Positions 62,263-64,000 of a stretch of 64,000 bases of DNA are shown one piece after another. The notes beneath the pieces are model-generated. The model made no database searches. It worked only from the letters and a program-made list of their open reading frames with translations, and was not told the DNA's origin. Each line of letters starts with the position of its first letter. Within the stretch, counting starts at the first letter, position 1. The DNA comes from Podarcis filfolensis (Eukaryota): assembly GCA_964270895.1 (NCBI GenBank), contig OZ185444.1; one strand, given 5' to 3'. The position numbers were made by a program, and so were the translations under genes.

Positions 62263-63491
62263 TTTTTTTTTTAAATAAATTTTTATTAAGATTTTACAAA
62301 AAGGAAGGATAGAAATTCTCAAAATAAAAAACCATACATTACAGAAAAAACAAAACACACAGAAATACAAAAAAAGAATCACAATTAATTAAAAAAAAAG
62401 TTAAATTAAACAAAAAACACAAAAATAAAAACAAATCCATTATTCCCAATAATCTCAAATTCATATACTTATGTTCTTGACCTCCTCACGCCTCCCCACT
62501 TTTGTATTCCCATATAAAAATTTAATTCAGCAAATTCTTACCCTTTTTCAAATATTATAACTTTATACCATAACATATTATACATCAATATTTTTAACCA
62601 TTTATCAATACCTTTTTTACATAATCTTACTAACTTTTGTCACTAATTACCACTTGTTACCAATCCAAGCATTTTTAACATTCATTAAGTTTGTGGTATT
62701 TCTGAAGATAGTCTTTAAATTTCTTCCAGTCCTCTTCCACCAACTCTTCTCCCAGGTCTCGGATTCTGCCAGTCATTTCCGCTAATTCCATATAGTCGAT
62801 CAGCTTCATCTGCCACTCTTCCAGGGTGGGTAACTCTTGTGTCTTCCAATACTTTGCGATAAGAATTCTTGCTGCTGTAGTTGCATACATAAAGAAAGTT
62901 CTGTCCTTCTTTGGCACCAATTGGCCGACCATGCCTAAGAGAAAGGCCTCTGGCTTCTTAAGAAATGTATATTTAAATATTTTTTTCATTTCGTTATAAA
63001 TCATCTCCCAGAAAGCCTTAATCTTTGGGCATGTCCACCAAAGGTGAAAGAATGTTCCTTCATTTTCTTTACACTTCCAACATTTATTGTCGGGCAAATG
63101 ATAGATTTTTGCAAGCTTGACTGGTGTCATGTATCACCTGTATATCATTTTCATAATATTCTCTCTTAGGGCATTACATGCCGTAAATTTCATACCTGTG
63201 GTCCATAACTGTTCCCAGTCAGCGAACATGATATTATGACCAACATCTTGTGCCCATTTTATCATAGCAGATTTAACTGTTTCATCCTGCGTATTCCATT
63301 TTAGCAGCAAGTTATACATTCTTGAAAGTGTTTTAGTTTTGGGTTCTAACAATTCAGTTTCCAATTTTGATTTTTCCACCTGGAAACCTATTTTTTTATC
63401 CATGTTATAAGCTTCTCTTATTTGAAAATAGTGCAGCCAATCTCGCACCTTATCTTTTAATTTCTCAAAACTCTGCAATTTCAATTTGTCT
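62263..63491 (-). mobile_element. 5'-truncated L1 LINE (ORF2 C-terminus plus 3' UTR)
   Basis: Minus ORFs 63484-63134 and 63130-62675 are one frame broken by a single TGA (expected W in IYRWYMTP). CCHC-type motif CWKCKENEGTFFHLWWTC; T-run tail at 62263-62272; perfect 15-bp TSD GGGGAGGGGCATATC (62248-62262, 63492-63506). Confidence 0.95.
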
Positions 63492-63515
63492 GGGGAGGGG
63501 CATATCAGTCATCTC

Positions 63516-63870
63516 GGGATGCGGGTGGCGCTGTGGGTTAAACCACAGAGCCTAGGACTTGCCAATCAGAAGGTTGGCGGTTTGAATACCCGTGACGGTG
63601 TGAGCTCCCGTTGCTTGGTCCCTGCTCCTGCCAAACTAGCAGTTCGAAAGCACGTCAAGTACAAGTAGATAAATAGGTACCACTCTGGCGGGAAGGTAAA
63701 CAGCGTTTCCGTGCGCTGCTCTGGTTCGCCAGAAGCGGCTTAGTCATGCTGGCCACATGACCCGTAAGCTGTATGCCGGCTCCCTCGGCCAATAAAGTGA
63801 GATGAGCGCCGCAACCTGAGAGTCGGCCACGACTGGACCTAATGGTCAGGGGTCCCTTTACCTTTACCTT
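63516..63870 (+). mobile_element. Sauria SINE, full length
   Basis: Head gggatgcgggtggcgctgtgggtt, ACCTTT tail, TSD TATCAGTCAT/CCT (63503-63514, 63871-63882; 1 mismatch). Confidence 0.95.
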
Positions 63871-64000
63871 TATCAGTCACCTAAAACACTTTGTAGGCGC
63901 ATCAGTACATCACAGCCATGGAGATGATGGATGGACAGCAATTGCAGTCTAGGGCTAGAGTACTGGACTGCCACCCCACTCCTATGTATGAAGAAAATAT

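Noticed and set aside
62675-63484. Two ORFs as a host gene
   Set aside because: They are L1 ORF2 remnants within a TSD-bounded, 5'-truncated insertion.

Overview
Vertebrate genomic DNA, most likely a lacertid lizard (five full-length Sauria/Squam1-type SINEs of the lacertid type). Almost the whole window is the ~60 kb first intron of pleiotrophin (PTN) on the + strand. A purine-rich, ATG-free non-coding exon 1 ends at 1361 (CAACTCAAA|GTAAGT). The first coding exon is 61754-61863 (cag|A ATG ... CCA G|gtaagg) and encodes [36 protein letters not shown](E), the signal peptide plus the start of mature PTN. This exon is too short to appear in the supplied ORF track; the listed ORFs are chance frames or transposon remnants. 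The intron is dense in mobile elements whose ends and target-site duplications (TSDs) can be read directly: hAT and Tc1/mariner MITEs (some nested), L2, CR1, RTE, BovB and L1 LINE fragments, SINEs, a solo LTR and a palindromic Penelope-like remnant. There is a 139-N assembly gap. I found no evidence of a new multi-gene system. The best leads are regulatory hypotheses at PTN: an intronic solo LTR echoing the human HERV-E/PTN promoter, inverted SINEs bracketing the start-codon exon, an out-of-frame ATG in stronger context, and L1-derived poly(A) signals just after exon 2. Repeat family names come from recalled consensus features, not database searches.
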